Assembly (NCBI GenBank): GCA_963821435.1
Contig: CAWGDR010000004.1
Location: 878,199-942,198 of the forward strand
Direction: 5' to 3'
DNA: 64,000 bases
From: an uncultured Acidobacteriota bacterium
GTDB taxonomy: Bacteria; Acidobacteriota; Thermoanaerobaculia; UBA5066
Shown: positions 30,056 to 40,633 of the stretch, one piece after another
How the letters are laid out: each line of letters starts with the position of its first letter
How positions within the stretch are numbered: the stretch's first letter is position 1
Program-made: the position numbers and the translations under genes
Notes under the pieces: generated by a model
Seen by the model: only the letters and a program-made list of their open reading frames with translations
Database searches by the model: none
What the model was told of the DNA's origin: nothing

Positions 30056-30361
30056 TCACGACTTCACGATCAGGTTGTTCTTTACGGTCTTGACACCCTT
30101 CACGCCCCTGGCGAGCTCACCGGCCTTGTCCTTGGCCGCCTGAGAGTTGACGAAGCCGCTCAGCTGCACGGTGTCCTTGTAGCTTGTCACGCTGATCTGA
30201 AACGACTTGAGAAAATCATCAGCGGCGAGGGCGGTCTTGACTTCCGTCGTGATGACGGTGTTGTCGACGTACTGTCCCGTGCTCTCGTGTGTCGGCGTGG
30301 ACGCGCAGCCGGCAAAGCTTGCGACCAGCACCAGCGGCATACACGTAGCCGAGGAGGACAT
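30056..30361 (-). CDS. BON-domain (OsmY-like) lipoprotein; possible N-terminal extension to 30374 in another frame (1-bp frameshift in the signal peptide)
   Basis: Lipobox LVASFAGC. BON domain: VTSYKDTVQLSGFVNSQAAKDKAGELARGVKGVKTVKNNL. The upstream ATG at 30374 (MKKLNVLLG...) is out of frame by 1. Confidence 0.7.
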   Translation of the reverse strand: MSSSATCMPLVLVASFAGCASTPTHESTGQYVDNTVITTEVKTALAADDFLKSFQISVTSYKDTVQLSGFVNSQAAKDKAGELARGVKGVKTVKNNLIVKS

Positions 30362-30526
30362 TCAGCTTCTTCATGGAGGAATTCCCCTTTCGTTGTTTCG
30401 TAGCAAAATCGATTGCTGCGAGACTGCCGTGCCCGAACCTGCCGTGAGGGGCAGCGAAAGCCGTCTCGACCTGCGCGACACCGGTGATTCAGATACCTTG
30501 CCGTCGCCCGGCAAGGTTGTGAGTGG

Positions 30527-30676
30527 CTACCCGACTCTCCGTCCCTGAACGAGCTGGATCACGATCACGACGATCGCGATGACCAGCAGGATGTGAATGA
30601 ACCCGCCCATGGTGTACGAGGTCACCAGGCCGAGCAGCCAGAGGACGAGAAGAATGACGAAGATGGTCCAGAGCAT
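30527..30676 (-). CDS. Small membrane protein (49 aa)
   Basis: MLWTIFVILLVLWLLGLVTSYTMGGFIHILLVIAIVVIVIQLVQGRRVG. Perfect AAGGAGG RBS. Not in the ORF track because it is under 60 aa. Confidence 0.5.
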   Translation of the reverse strand: MLWTIFVILLVLWLLGLVTSYTMGGFIHILLVIAIVVIVIQLVQGRRVG

Positions 30677-30757
30677 GGAACCCTCCTTTCTCTGGGGAAT
30701 TCGCCTGGGTCGGCTGTGCCGAGCCGGGCGGTCAAGTTCCTGAAGTTCTTCTCGTCT

Positions 30758-32408
<1,651 letters not shown>

Positions 32409-32411
32409 GGC

Positions 32412-32774
32412 TCACTTCCCTTTCATACCGCCGATACCGAGCGCGGGACCGGGCGAGAACGCAGGACCGTTCGCCTCGGCGGCTTTTTCGATACCGGTGA
32501 TCGGCGCTTCGGTGAACAGGTAGCGGCGCAGCATCTGATCGAAATGCGCGCTGTGACGCCGGATCCACTCCATCAGCATCGTCGCGTGCTCGATCTCTTC
32601 GTTCTTGTTGTGAAGCAGCACATCCTTCAACGGTGGATCGGCACACGCGTCAGCGCGTTGCTGGTACCAGTCGATTGCCTGCAGCTCCTCCATCAGGCTG
32701 ACGATCGCGCGGTGCATCTCGCGCGTCTCCCCCGACAGGAGCTCCGGCGGCTCGTGAAAGGTGTCACTCGTCAT
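32412..32774 (-). CDS. Encapsulated ferritin-like cargo protein (EncFtn) with C-terminal encapsulin targeting peptide
   Basis: Start at MTSDTF (GGAGAA RBS). ...HRAIVSLMEELQAIDWYQQRADACADPPLKDVLLHNKNEEIEHATMLMEWIRR...YLFTE is the EncFtn core. The C-terminal ...PALGIGGMKGK resembles the family-1 cargo-loading peptide. Stop lies 4 nt before the encapsulin start. Confidence 0.85.
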   Translation of the reverse strand: MTSDTFHEPPELLSGETREMHRAIVSLMEELQAIDWYQQRADACADPPLKDVLLHNKNEEIEHATMLMEWIRRHSAHFDQMLRRYLFTEAPITGIEKAAEANGPAFSPGPALGIGGMKGK

Positions 32775-33305
32775 ACCGTTCTCCAGAAGGAAGGGGCCGG
32801 GTGGAAGTCCCCGGCCGGTGGGTAGGCCATCCACGGGTAGAGGTCGAGGGGCAGGACGCCCCCAAGCTCAGCGGTTCGGTCGGCCGCGAGCACCGTGGAG
32901 AGAGTGTTGAGCATGAGCACTCCTAGACGCACACCTTGTCCGAGGTAACCGCAGGATTCTTCTTCTTCAGATTCACTCGGGATCTCCTTTGGCTCCGGCC
33001 CTTAGTCGCAATTCGGCGGCCACTTCTTCTGCAGGCGCGGGGCTTCATGCCGCCCCTCGCCTCTGCGCGGCTACAGGGGCGTTCCGGCCACCGATGGGGG
33101 ACGAGAGAGCTCAAGTGCTTGCAGCGCAGGCTGTTCTTGAGGAATGACGGGCTCAATCAAAGATGAAGTGCGCTCGAGACGAAGGGCCTCTTTTCCGGGC
33201 CCCCTCCCGTGAGCGCCTCTTGAGCTCGCCGTGCATGGAAGAGCCGAGCCGTGCTTCTGCCCGACCTGGTTGCAGTCTCTTCCGTTCCCGTTGAAGGAGA
33301 TACAT

Positions 33306-33342
33306 CTCGGGCGCCACAGGCCCCCGGCAATTCCCATTGCAC
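33306..33342 (+). repeat. REP-like hairpin element with gcgccacag leader
   Basis: ctcgggcgccacaggcccccggcaattcccattgcac. Confidence 0.65.
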
Positions 33343-33475
33343 GACAGCAGTAGAGCGAGTGTTCGCGGGAGCGCGCACAGCTGCGCAGTCGCCGGCGAGA
33401 GGCCAGTTCGTTCTCTTCTCTCCCGCGGTCTATGCGGGCACCTGCATTGCGGGGTCCACCACAGGAGGCCCCAGC

Positions 33476-34042
33476 ATGGACACCCAGACCGCCCTCATCG
33501 TCGTCGCTGCGTTGGCGGTTCTCGCCCTCGCCGCGCTCGTCTTCGTCCTCGTCAACGTCAGAAGGAAGCGAACAGTACATCTGAAGCAGCGCTTCGGCCC
33601 CGAGTACGACCACACGGTGACCGCGCAGGGAGGCTCGCGCAAGGCGGAGGCCCGCCTCGAGGAGAGAGAGAAACGTGTCGAGAAGCTGAAGATCAAGCCA
33701 GTGCCTCCCGAGCTGCGCGACCGGTTTTTGAACTCGTGGCGCCATGTGCAGGCGCACTTCGTCGACGAGCCGGGCGCCGCCGTCGTCGAGGCCGACGGCC
33801 TCGTCCGCAAGGTAATGGAGTCCCGCGGGTACCCGATGGGGAGCTTCGAGCAGAGGGCGGATGACGTCTCCGTCGACCACCCGCATCTCATGGCGAACTA
33901 CCGCGCCGCGCACGAGATCGCACTGAAGAAGGATCGGGGCGAGGCCTCCACCGAGGACCTGAGGCAGGCGTTCGTCCACTACCGCGCGCTCTTCGAGGAG
34001 CTCCTCGAGGTGCCGGAACTCGTGGAGATGAAACGTGGTTAA
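33476..34042 (+). CDS. Hypothetical protein with one N-terminal TM helix
   Basis: ATG 33476 preceded by an AGGAGG RBS. N-terminal TM, then a helical soluble domain with no recognisable family. A partial duplicate of its C-terminus lies just downstream (34058-34143). Confidence 0.5.
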   Translation: MDTQTALIVVAALAVLALAALVFVLVNVRRKRTVHLKQRFGPEYDHTVTAQGGSRKAEARLEEREKRVEKLKIKPVPPELRDRFLNSWRHVQAHFVDEPGAAVVEADGLVRKVMESRGYPMGSFEQRADDVSVDHPHLMANYRAAHEIALKKDRGEASTEDLRQAFVHYRALFEELLEVPELVEMKRG

Positions 34043-34163
34043 GACACAATCGCTGGAGCCTGCGGCGACGAGGTCTCGACGGAGGACCTGCGGCAAGCGA
34101 TGAGACGCTACAGAACTTTCTTCGACCGCCTTCTTGCCGTCTGACACCAGAGATCGGGGCCAT

Positions 34164-34217
34164 GGCGCGCGGGATTGCCGAGGGCTATCTCGCCAGGAAC
34201 CCAGGACCCGAGTTTCC
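34164..34217 (-). repeat. REP-like element (degenerate) + shared 33-bp tail
   Basis: ggcgcgcgggattgccgaggg followed by ctatctcgccaggaacccaggacccgagtttcc. The same tail sits at 29177-29209. Confidence 0.5.
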
Positions 34218-34322
34218 AGCGACCTCTCACATCCTCCATGGGTCCGTAGTCGGGAAGGCGGCGTCGGCTCGTTGTTTCCGACGCGTGTCTCGAGGACATC
34301 GGCGATCTAGACTGAGGGCCGG

Positions 34323-35177
34323 ATGAGGTTCAAGCCTTCCGTTTTCAAGTCGGCGCCGGTCGTGTTCGTGCGGCGGATCATCACCGACTTCCGGAAGAAC
34401 CAGGGGTTCCTCCTCGCCAGCGCGGTCGCGTACAACACGCTCCTCTCCATCGTCCCCCTCTTCGTGGTCCTCCTCGTCGTGCTCTCGCATTTCGTCGACG
34501 AGCAGCTTCTGCTCAGGACCGTCTCCAGCTACGTCGAGTTGCTGCTGCCGGGGCGCTCCGCGGCCATCACGGATCAGGTCGCCGGCCTGCTCGCTCACCG
34601 CGAGGTAATCGCGGGCGTCGGCGGGTTGGCGCTTCTCTTCTTCAGCTCGATCGCCTTCACGGTCCTCGAGAGCGCCATGTCGGTGATCTTCTTCCACCGC
34701 TCGACCCACCCGCGTCACTTTCTTCTTTCAGCGGTCATCCCGTATCTGTTCATCATGGCGCTCGGCACGGGCCTGCTCCTCGTGACCGTCATCAGCGGCG
34801 CCCTCCGGGTGGTCGGCCGCGACGTGATCGAGCTGTTCGGCCGCGAGTGGCGCCTCGCAGGACTCTCCCGCGGGCTGCTCTGGTTCCTCGGCGTCGCAGG
34901 CCTCGCATTGCTTCTCACGGCGTTCTACATGGTCATGCCCGTCGGCCGCCTCCGGTTTCGCCATGCGCTGGCCGGAGGCGTCATCGCGACCGCGCTCTGG
35001 GAAATCGTGCGCCGGGCGCTCGCCTGGTATTTCATGACGCTGTCGATGGTGGACGTCGTCTACGGCCCCCTCGCAACCTCGATCGGCGTCCTCGTTTCTC
35101 TCGAGGCAGCGGCCCTCATCCTCCTCGTCGGAGCGCAGGTCATCGCCGAGCTCGAGCGCAAGCGGCGGAAGCGTTGA
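34323..35177 (+). CDS. YihY/BrkB family membrane protein
   Basis: Six TM helices with the typical YihY pattern: AVAYNTLLSIVPLFVVLL...LGT.LL. Confidence 0.85.
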   Translation: MRFKPSVFKSAPVVFVRRIITDFRKNQGFLLASAVAYNTLLSIVPLFVVLLVVLSHFVDEQLLLRTVSSYVELLLPGRSAAITDQVAGLLAHREVIAGVGGLALLFFSSIAFTVLESAMSVIFFHRSTHPRHFLLSAVIPYLFIMALGTGLLLVTVISGALRVVGRDVIELFGREWRLAGLSRGLLWFLGVAGLALLLTAFYMVMPVGRLRFRHALAGGVIATALWEIVRRALAWYFMTLSMVDVVYGPLATSIGVLVSLEAAALILLVGAQVIAELERKRRKR

Positions 35178-35318
35178 TTTGGCTCCCGTGACGGCCGCGA
35201 CGCTCGGGAAACGGCCGCGAGCTTTCCCCTCGTCGGGGTCTCTCCTCGTCGCGTCGGGGAGCACGGTGACGGGCCGAACGAAGCAGGCGGCCGTCGTGCG
35301 GGCGGGCGGGGGTCGGCC

Positions 35319-35356
35319 GGAAAGCCGCCGTTTCAAAGCCCGTTGAAACGCTTTCC
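35319..35356 (+). other. Nested near-perfect hairpin
   Basis: GGAAAG c cgc CGTTTCAA agcccg TTGAAACG CTTTCC. No U-tract follows. Intergenic position. Confidence 0.3.
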
Positions 35357-35475
35357 GAGTCGGCGATGGTGGCGACGACGAAAAGCGTTGCTACACGGCC
35401 GCTTCGGCCTGTTCGGTTCGATTCCCCGACCGGCACGGCTCCTGCTCTATGTCTTTCGAGAAGGGAGAAAAGATC

Positions 35476-35556
35476 ATGGAAACCATCCTCATCATCCTTG
35501 TCGTGCTCTTCCTGTTCGGAGGCGGCGGCTACTACTGGACCCGCCGGCGCGGGTAG
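35476..35556 (+). CDS. Tiny membrane peptide (26 aa), speculative
   Basis: METILIILVVLFLFGGGGYYWTRRRG. AAGGGAGAAAAG upstream. Confidence 0.3.
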   Translation: METILIILVVLFLFGGGGYYWTRRRG

Positions 35557-35674
35557 TGCCTGGGAGAGGGTTCACGTCCTGGGCGGGCACGCCGTCGCAG
35601 GGCTCCGAGACGATCGAGGGCACGAATACGACGGAATGCGTCGGTCCGGGCGCCTTTGCAGAAAGGGACACCCC

Positions 35675-35878
35675 ATGAAGAAGCAGGAACTTGATGGAAA
35701 GGTCAAGAAGGTCAAGGGGAAAGCCAAAGAAACGGTCGGGATCCTCACCGGCAACAAGAAGATGGAACACGAGGGTTCTCTTCAACGTGCCGCCGGTGCG
35801 ATCCAGGAGGGGCTCGGCAGAGCCGGCCGGAAGGTCGGCGAGGCCATCACCGATCTCGGAAACGCCATCAAGAAGTAA
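35675..35878 (+). CDS. CsbD-family general stress protein
   Basis: MKKQELDGKVKKVKGKAKETVGILTGNKKMEHEGSLQRAAGAIQEGLGRAGRKVGEAITDLGNAIKK is the canonical CsbD pattern. Confidence 0.8.
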   Translation: MKKQELDGKVKKVKGKAKETVGILTGNKKMEHEGSLQRAAGAIQEGLGRAGRKVGEAITDLGNAIKK

Positions 35879-36085
35879 CGGCACCCCTCGAACGCGCCAG
35901 TCCGATCTGCTCGCAAATTCACGGAGTCGCCCGAACGGACCCGTCCGCGGGTCCTTCGGTGGGGGGTGCATTCGAGTTCCGACCGACGCGGCAAGCGCGT
36001 CCATACCCGCCGCGATGTGGGGATCGACAACCGACGCTTCGAAGGCAAGAAGTGATCCTGAGCGTTCACGCGAAAGGAACTTGCT

Positions 36086-36367
36086 ATGACAGTGTCATTG
36101 CCCGCACTTCTGGTTCTCATCGTGATCGCCGCTGTCTGCGGCGCCGTCGGAAAGGCGATCGCGGGCAGTGCTCGTGGCGGGCTGGTCGTTTCGACTGTCC
36201 TGGGCTTCATCGGGGCTCTCCTCGGGCCCTGGGTGGCCCGGCAGATGAAGCTCCCGGAGCCGCTGATGGTCACGATCGGCGGGCATCCATTCCCGGTCCT
36301 GTGGTCCATCATCGGCGCTGCCCTTTTCGTGGCGATCATTCACCTGTTCTCGCGACGGAGGTGGTAA
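36086..36367 (+). CDS. GlsB/YeaQ/YmgE-family stress membrane protein
   Basis: Three TM helices with G-rich motifs typical of the family. Confidence 0.8.
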   Translation: MTVSLPALLVLIVIAAVCGAVGKAIAGSARGGLVVSTVLGFIGALLGPWVARQMKLPEPLMVTIGGHPFPVLWSIIGAALFVAIIHLFSRRRW

Positions 36368-36387
36368 CGACGCCTCTGAGACGCGGT

Positions 36388-36642
36388 TGGGGGCCGAGAA
36401 CGGGTTGAATGTTCTCAGTGCGGCCTGAGAACGCGGTTCGTCAAGCCGATCGACTGGGGAGCCACTCTTCTCCCCCGCGAACTCCAGTGAGGTCCGCAGT
36501 TAACAGATGCCTCGCGAGGTCCCTCACGGGGTTTCGTGTCTAAAGGGCGTGTCGTCAGAAGGGTTTCCGAGTAGCGCGTCGAGGCTTGCCTCTGGTCTCT
36601 GCGCGCCACGGTCCCCGTAATTCCGATTGCACCCCTACACCT
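36388..36642 (+). repeat. Composite att-like repeat, copy E (hairpin, core variant ctggggagcca at 36464-36474, module 1, terminal REP 36591-36642; module 2 absent)
   Basis: ggccgagaacgggttgaatgttctcagtgcggcctgagaacgcggttcgtcaagccgatcgactggggagccactcttctcccccgcgaactccag...gtccgcagttaacagatgcctcgcgaggtccctcacggggtttcgtgtctaaaggg...ctctggtctctgcgcgccacggtccccgtaattccgattgcacccctacacc. Confidence 0.8.
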
Positions 36643-36821
36643 TGAAGGTTCACCTGCATCTGACTGGGTGTTTTACTTCCGGGGCGGCACAAGGTACGTT
36701 CCATGAAAGCCGGCGCGGCTGCCGTCGCCGAAGATCCCGTTGCCTCGGATTCGAGGCTTCACCAGGACTCGTGCCCGGAGCGCCAGCGGTCGAGCGCTCC
36801 AAGACCGAGAGCTAGAGCGAG

Positions 36822-37991
36822 TTGAAGATCAGGCCAGCGAGATCGGCGGGAAAACGGGCTCGCCCGTGGTATCCGGACTTTCACGCGCTGTGGGACCGCG
36901 TGCTCTACGAACACGCTTCGCCAGTGCGCGTTGGGTTCGCGGTCGGAGTCGGCGTTCTGGTCGGCTGCAGCCCGTTTATCGGTCTTCAGGTCGCGATCGC
37001 GGCGCTTCTCGCAATCGCTTTCCGACTCAACAAGCTGGCGGTGTTCCTGGGGCTTCAGATCTCGGCTCCACCGCTCCTACCTCTCGTACTCTTCGTCGGA
37101 GCGCAGCTCGGGGAGCTCGTTCGGCACGGCCATCTTCTTCCGATGGACTTGGAGGCGCTCCGGGCGATGCCGACGAGAGAGCTCGTCCACCTTCTCTTCT
37201 TCGACCTCCTGGCGGGAGGGACATTGCTCGGGCTCGTACTCGGGACAGCACTCGGAACGGTGGCCGCGAGAACGGCGACGCGCAGGGCCCCGCCAGAGTT
37301 CCGTCTCTCCCGCGACGAGATGGTGCAACTTGGGGCTCGACTCCCCGCCTTGCCCTTTAACCTCCGTCAGTACGCCCGGTGGAAGATCCTCTTCGACCCG
37401 GTCTACGCGGTTGTCGCCTCCCGGCTGAAGGGCGTCCGCGAGACCCTCGATCTCGGAGCAGGGTTGGGGATCATGGCCGCGGTGCTCGTTCATCGTGATC
37501 CGGAACGGCGTGTCGTTGCCGTGGAGTGGGATGCACGAAAGGTGGCCGGGGCCAGGCAATTCCTCTCCGGGCTGCCACAGATTGATGTCGTTTGCGCCGA
37601 TGCGTGGTTCTTTCCGACCGCTCCGGTCGAGTCGATTCTCTTGCTCGACGTCCTTCATTACGGCGAACCGTTCGCTCAGGACGCCTGGCTTGGCCGGTGT
37701 GCGTCTGCGCTGAAACCGGGAGGACTGCTGATCGTCCGAGAGCATGACGCGTCTCCCAGAGGGACATTGGCGGAAGGGTTCGAGAGACTTGCGGTCAAAC
37801 TCGGCTGGAACCGAGGTCACGGTTTCCATCCTCGGAGAACGATCGATCTCGTCCATCGGCTCGAGAGTCTCGGTCTGGACGTCGAGACAATCAACAAAGG
37901 TCTTGCAATGGCCGGTCTCACGCTTATTGTCGCGCGAAAGTCGTTCGCGGCCGGGTCTTTTCCCTGTTTCTTGGTCCAGGGAGATTCTTGA
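36822..37991 (+). CDS. DUF2062 membrane domain fused to a class I SAM-dependent methyltransferase
   Basis: TTG start after an in-frame TAG. RPWYPDFH...VGFAVGVGVLVGCSPFIGLQ is DUF2062-like. C-terminal LDLGAGLGIMAAVL (motif I) ... LLLDVLHY ... GGLLIV is a methyltransferase fold. Confidence 0.7.
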   Translation: MKIRPARSAGKRARPWYPDFHALWDRVLYEHASPVRVGFAVGVGVLVGCSPFIGLQVAIAALLAIAFRLNKLAVFLGLQISAPPLLPLVLFVGAQLGELVRHGHLLPMDLEALRAMPTRELVHLLFFDLLAGGTLLGLVLGTALGTVAARTATRRAPPEFRLSRDEMVQLGARLPALPFNLRQYARWKILFDPVYAVVASRLKGVRETLDLGAGLGIMAAVLVHRDPERRVVAVEWDARKVAGARQFLSGLPQIDVVCADAWFFPTAPVESILLLDVLHYGEPFAQDAWLGRCASALKPGGLLIVREHDASPRGTLAEGFERLAVKLGWNRGHGFHPRRTIDLVHRLESLGLDVETINKGLAMAGLTLIVARKSFAAGSFPCFLVQGDS

Positions 37992-38027
37992 AAAGGGCGT
38001 AGATTTCGTTTCGTTCGAAGGCTTCGG

Positions 38028-38297
38028 TTGGAGCTGGGAGGACCGCTCCATGAAGAGAACAGAAGGCAACTGGCGGCGATCAGGTATGGACCGCCGTGGG
38101 CTTGGAGAGGCCAGTTGAGACTTCCCTTCAGCGACCCAGGAGCTCAGCAGAACCGGCCGGTCTTCGAGCCGCTGCGGGATGTCGAGTACTTTCGCCGCTT
38201 CATCCTCGACGGCTGGACCGTATCGTGGCCGAGCGGCGCCGACATCGCTCCCGAAACGCTCCACGCCTACGTCGGTCAGGACCGAGTGGTCGCCTGA
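38028..38297 (+). CDS. DUF2442-family small protein
   Basis: ...VFEPLRDVEYFRRFILDGWTVSWPSGADIAPETLHA matches the DUF2442 C-terminal signature. The stop codon lies inside the first bases of composite copy F. Confidence 0.45.
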   Translation: MELGGPLHEENRRQLAAIRYGPPWAWRGQLRLPFSDPGAQQNRPVFEPLRDVEYFRRFILDGWTVSWPSGADIAPETLHAYVGQDRVVA

Positions 38298-38645
38298 GAA
38301 CGGGCCGGGCGTTCTCCGCTCGGTCTGAGAACCGGGTTCGCCAGGCCCACCGACTGCGGAGCCAGACTTTCCTCCAGCGGACTTCAAGAGCGTCCGCGGT
38401 TAACAGATGCCCCGCGAGATCTCTCGCGGGGTAAAGCGTCTAGAGCTCATTTGTAAGAAGGGTTTCCGCGAGGCCCGTCGATGCGGGCTGGTCCTCTGCC
38501 GCTCGACCCGAGAACGGTGGCCATCGCTGAAAGGGTCGATTTCGGGCGTGAAGTCGCTCTCAAACGGCCAGGAAAGTCGAGAGTGGCTGAAAGCGGTTAA
38601 CCGTCTTGGGGCCTGAAAAAAGGGCGGCTAACAGCCGCTGATCGA
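38293..38645 (+). repeat. Composite att-like repeat, copy F (hairpin, core 38354-38364, modules 1 and 2; no terminal REP)
   Basis: gcctgagaacgggccgggcgttctccgctcggtctgagaaccgggttcgccaggcccaccgactgcggagccagactttcc...gtccgcggttaacagatgccccgcgagatctctcgcggggtaaagcgtctag...gctgaaagcggttaaccgtc...ggctaacagcc. Confidence 0.75.
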
Positions 38646-38799
38646 CTCGGCGTCGCCGCCCCCGACATCCGACTCACTGAGTACGTCGATGATCCCCTCC
38701 CTCATAAGCCACTTTCCCTTCATCGAGTCTCCTTTTCTGCATCCATTAGGAGAACTCACACTCTCCAGGAATCTGTTTTCAGGGTGCACGTCACATTCC

Positions 38800-39342
38800 T
38801 CACCAAACCTTATCCGAACGTGCCTGCTGTACGGCGGCGCGGCTCGCCTGGGGCGTGCGCGCATGTCGGCGTCGCAGGAACGCGTCGAGCGACCACGGCC
38901 CCGGCCCGGCGGCCAGGAGGTAGATGCAGGTCATGAACTGCGCATAATCAGAGCGGATCTCGTGCAAGACCGCCCAGACTCCGACCTTGGGGGGCGCCGG
39001 CGGCAGGGGCAGCGGCGAGGTGCCCAGGTAGAGCGAAATCTTGGTGGAGAGCATCGCCACGATCATCTCGACAATGAAGGGGATGCTCAGCAGCCGCGTG
39101 CCAAACCCCATCATCAACAGAAGGCCGCCGCCGATCTCGAGCACGGCGATCGCGGGAGCGAGTACTTCGGGCATCGGCATCCCAAGCTTGGTGAAGCGGC
39201 CGACGCCCTGATTCACATAGACGAATTTGAGCAGGCCCTCCCACAGGAAGACGCCTCCTGCCATCAGGCGCAGGGCAATTGTCGCCTTGGGGGCGTCGGT
39301 CGGCGGTTCGGCAAGAAACTTCCAGGCATCACGAATAGTCAT
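38800..39342 (-). CDS. DoxX-family membrane protein
   Basis: LRLMAGGVFLWEGLLKF...LEIGGGLLLMMG... is the DoxX pattern. 4 TM. Confidence 0.8.
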   Translation of the reverse strand: MTIRDAWKFLAEPPTDAPKATIALRLMAGGVFLWEGLLKFVYVNQGVGRFTKLGMPMPEVLAPAIAVLEIGGGLLLMMGFGTRLLSIPFIVEMIVAMLSTKISLYLGTSPLPLPPAPPKVGVWAVLHEIRSDYAQFMTCIYLLAAGPGPWSLDAFLRRRHARTPQASRAAVQQARSDKVW

Positions 39343-39367
39343 GTTCAGCTCCTTTGGACCAGCCGGT

Positions 39368-39859
39368 TCAGAACCCGTGCATGGTCGTCATCGTTGGTTC
39401 GGGTTCATTCGTTGCGAGCTCGACAACCCAGCCGGTCACCTCATTCGTGCCGGAGCCGCTGTCGGCGGTCCGCGATTCCCTTCTCACCATGATCCTGCAA
39501 GGACCCGTCTCCGGGTAGGCCGTCGTCCAGAGGTACTTCTTTCGCGCGGCGCAGGTCACGCTCGACCCATCGCGCTCGTAACGCACCTCTCGATGCTCGC
39601 GATCGAACACGAGCCCAGGGACGGCGAGCGACTCCGTGTACCAGCTCCCCTCGAACGATTCGTCGAAAAGATCGACGGCGAGACGCGCGGTTCCCGATCT
39701 CTCGTCGACCTCGAAATGAGTGCCCGTGACTTTCATCTCGGGCGGGAGGTTCCGATCTAGGACTGCGACTGAGGCGGCGGATGCGGGAACCGAGGAGGCG
39801 CACGCAGCCACCATCGCGAAGACGATCAGAGCCCTTCCGGTCAGATGATTTCCGTTCAT
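39368..39859 (-). CDS. Secreted hypothetical protein
   Basis: Start chosen at MNGNHLTGRALIVFAMVAACASSVPASAAS (AAAGGAG RBS at 9-nt spacing). Signal peptide. No recognisable domain. Confidence 0.5.
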   Translation of the reverse strand: MNGNHLTGRALIVFAMVAACASSVPASAASVAVLDRNLPPEMKVTGTHFEVDERSGTARLAVDLFDESFEGSWYTESLAVPGLVFDREHREVRYERDGSSVTCAARKKYLWTTAYPETGPCRIMVRRESRTADSGSGTNEVTGWVVELATNEPEPTMTTMHGF

Positions 39860-40087
39860 GATGTTCATCTCCTTTCGGCCGATCGTGGTGTCCACGCCGG
39901 CAACGAGAGAAGAACTGACGAGGAGACGCTTTATTCCGCGTCGAAGGGATTCGTTGTCAGGGTCGACAGATCGGCCAGGGCCCTGATGACTTCCACGCCG
40001 CCGAGCCGTTTCTCCGGGAATTTATTCCGCAGCTCACAGTTCTTCACATGGAGGAGGAATCGAGGAGAGAATGAAGATCGGCCGGTG

Positions 40088-40633
40088 ACTGTGAACCCCG
40101 TAACGCGGAGCGGCGAGGAGCCGCCTGGCTTCGAGGAGCTGGCAATGCCTTTGTTCGGCTCGCTCTACAACTTCGCTCACTGGCTCACCCGTAACCGTGA
40201 CGAGGCGGAGGATTTGGTGCAGGAAACGTTCGCGAAGGCTCTGCGCGGGTTCCCGTCGTTTCAGCTGGAGACGAGCTTCAAGTCGTGGATCTTTCGCATC
40301 CTGAAGAACACATTCCTGACGTCCCGCGCGGGGCTTCGCGCGCATCCCATGGAGCCGCTCGCATCCGATGACGACGAGGACGCATTCGCCGCCGCGACGG
40401 AGACGCCGGAGGCGATTCTTATTGGGCGTGTGAGCCGGGAGCTCATTCGCGGCGCAATGGAGGCTCTTTCTCCGTCGTTCCGCGAGGCCGTGATCCTGAG
40501 AGACGTCGAGGGCCTGACGTATCAGGAGATCGCGGAGGCGCTCTCGATCCCGGTCGGCACCGTGATGTCGCGTCTGGCGCGCGGTCGGCGCGACATCCGG
40601 AGACACGTCGAGCGCAAGGTCGGAGGGAAATGA
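40088..40633 (+). CDS. ECF (sigma-70 family, group IV) RNA polymerase sigma factor
   Basis: Region 2: DEAEDLVQETFAKALRGF...WIFRILKNTFL. Region 4: EAVILRDVEGLTYQEIAEALSIPVGTVMSRLARGR. Start uncertain (GTG 40088 or ATG 40145). Confidence 0.8.
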   Translation, partial: TVNPVTRSGEEPPGFEELAMPLFGSLYNFAHWLTRNRDEAEDLVQETFAKALRGFPSFQLETSFKSWIFRILKNTFLTSRAGLRAHPMEPLASDDDEDAFAAATETPEAILIGRVSRELIRGAMEALSPSFREAVILRDVEGLTYQEIAEALSIPVGTVMSRLARGRRDIRRHVERKVGGK

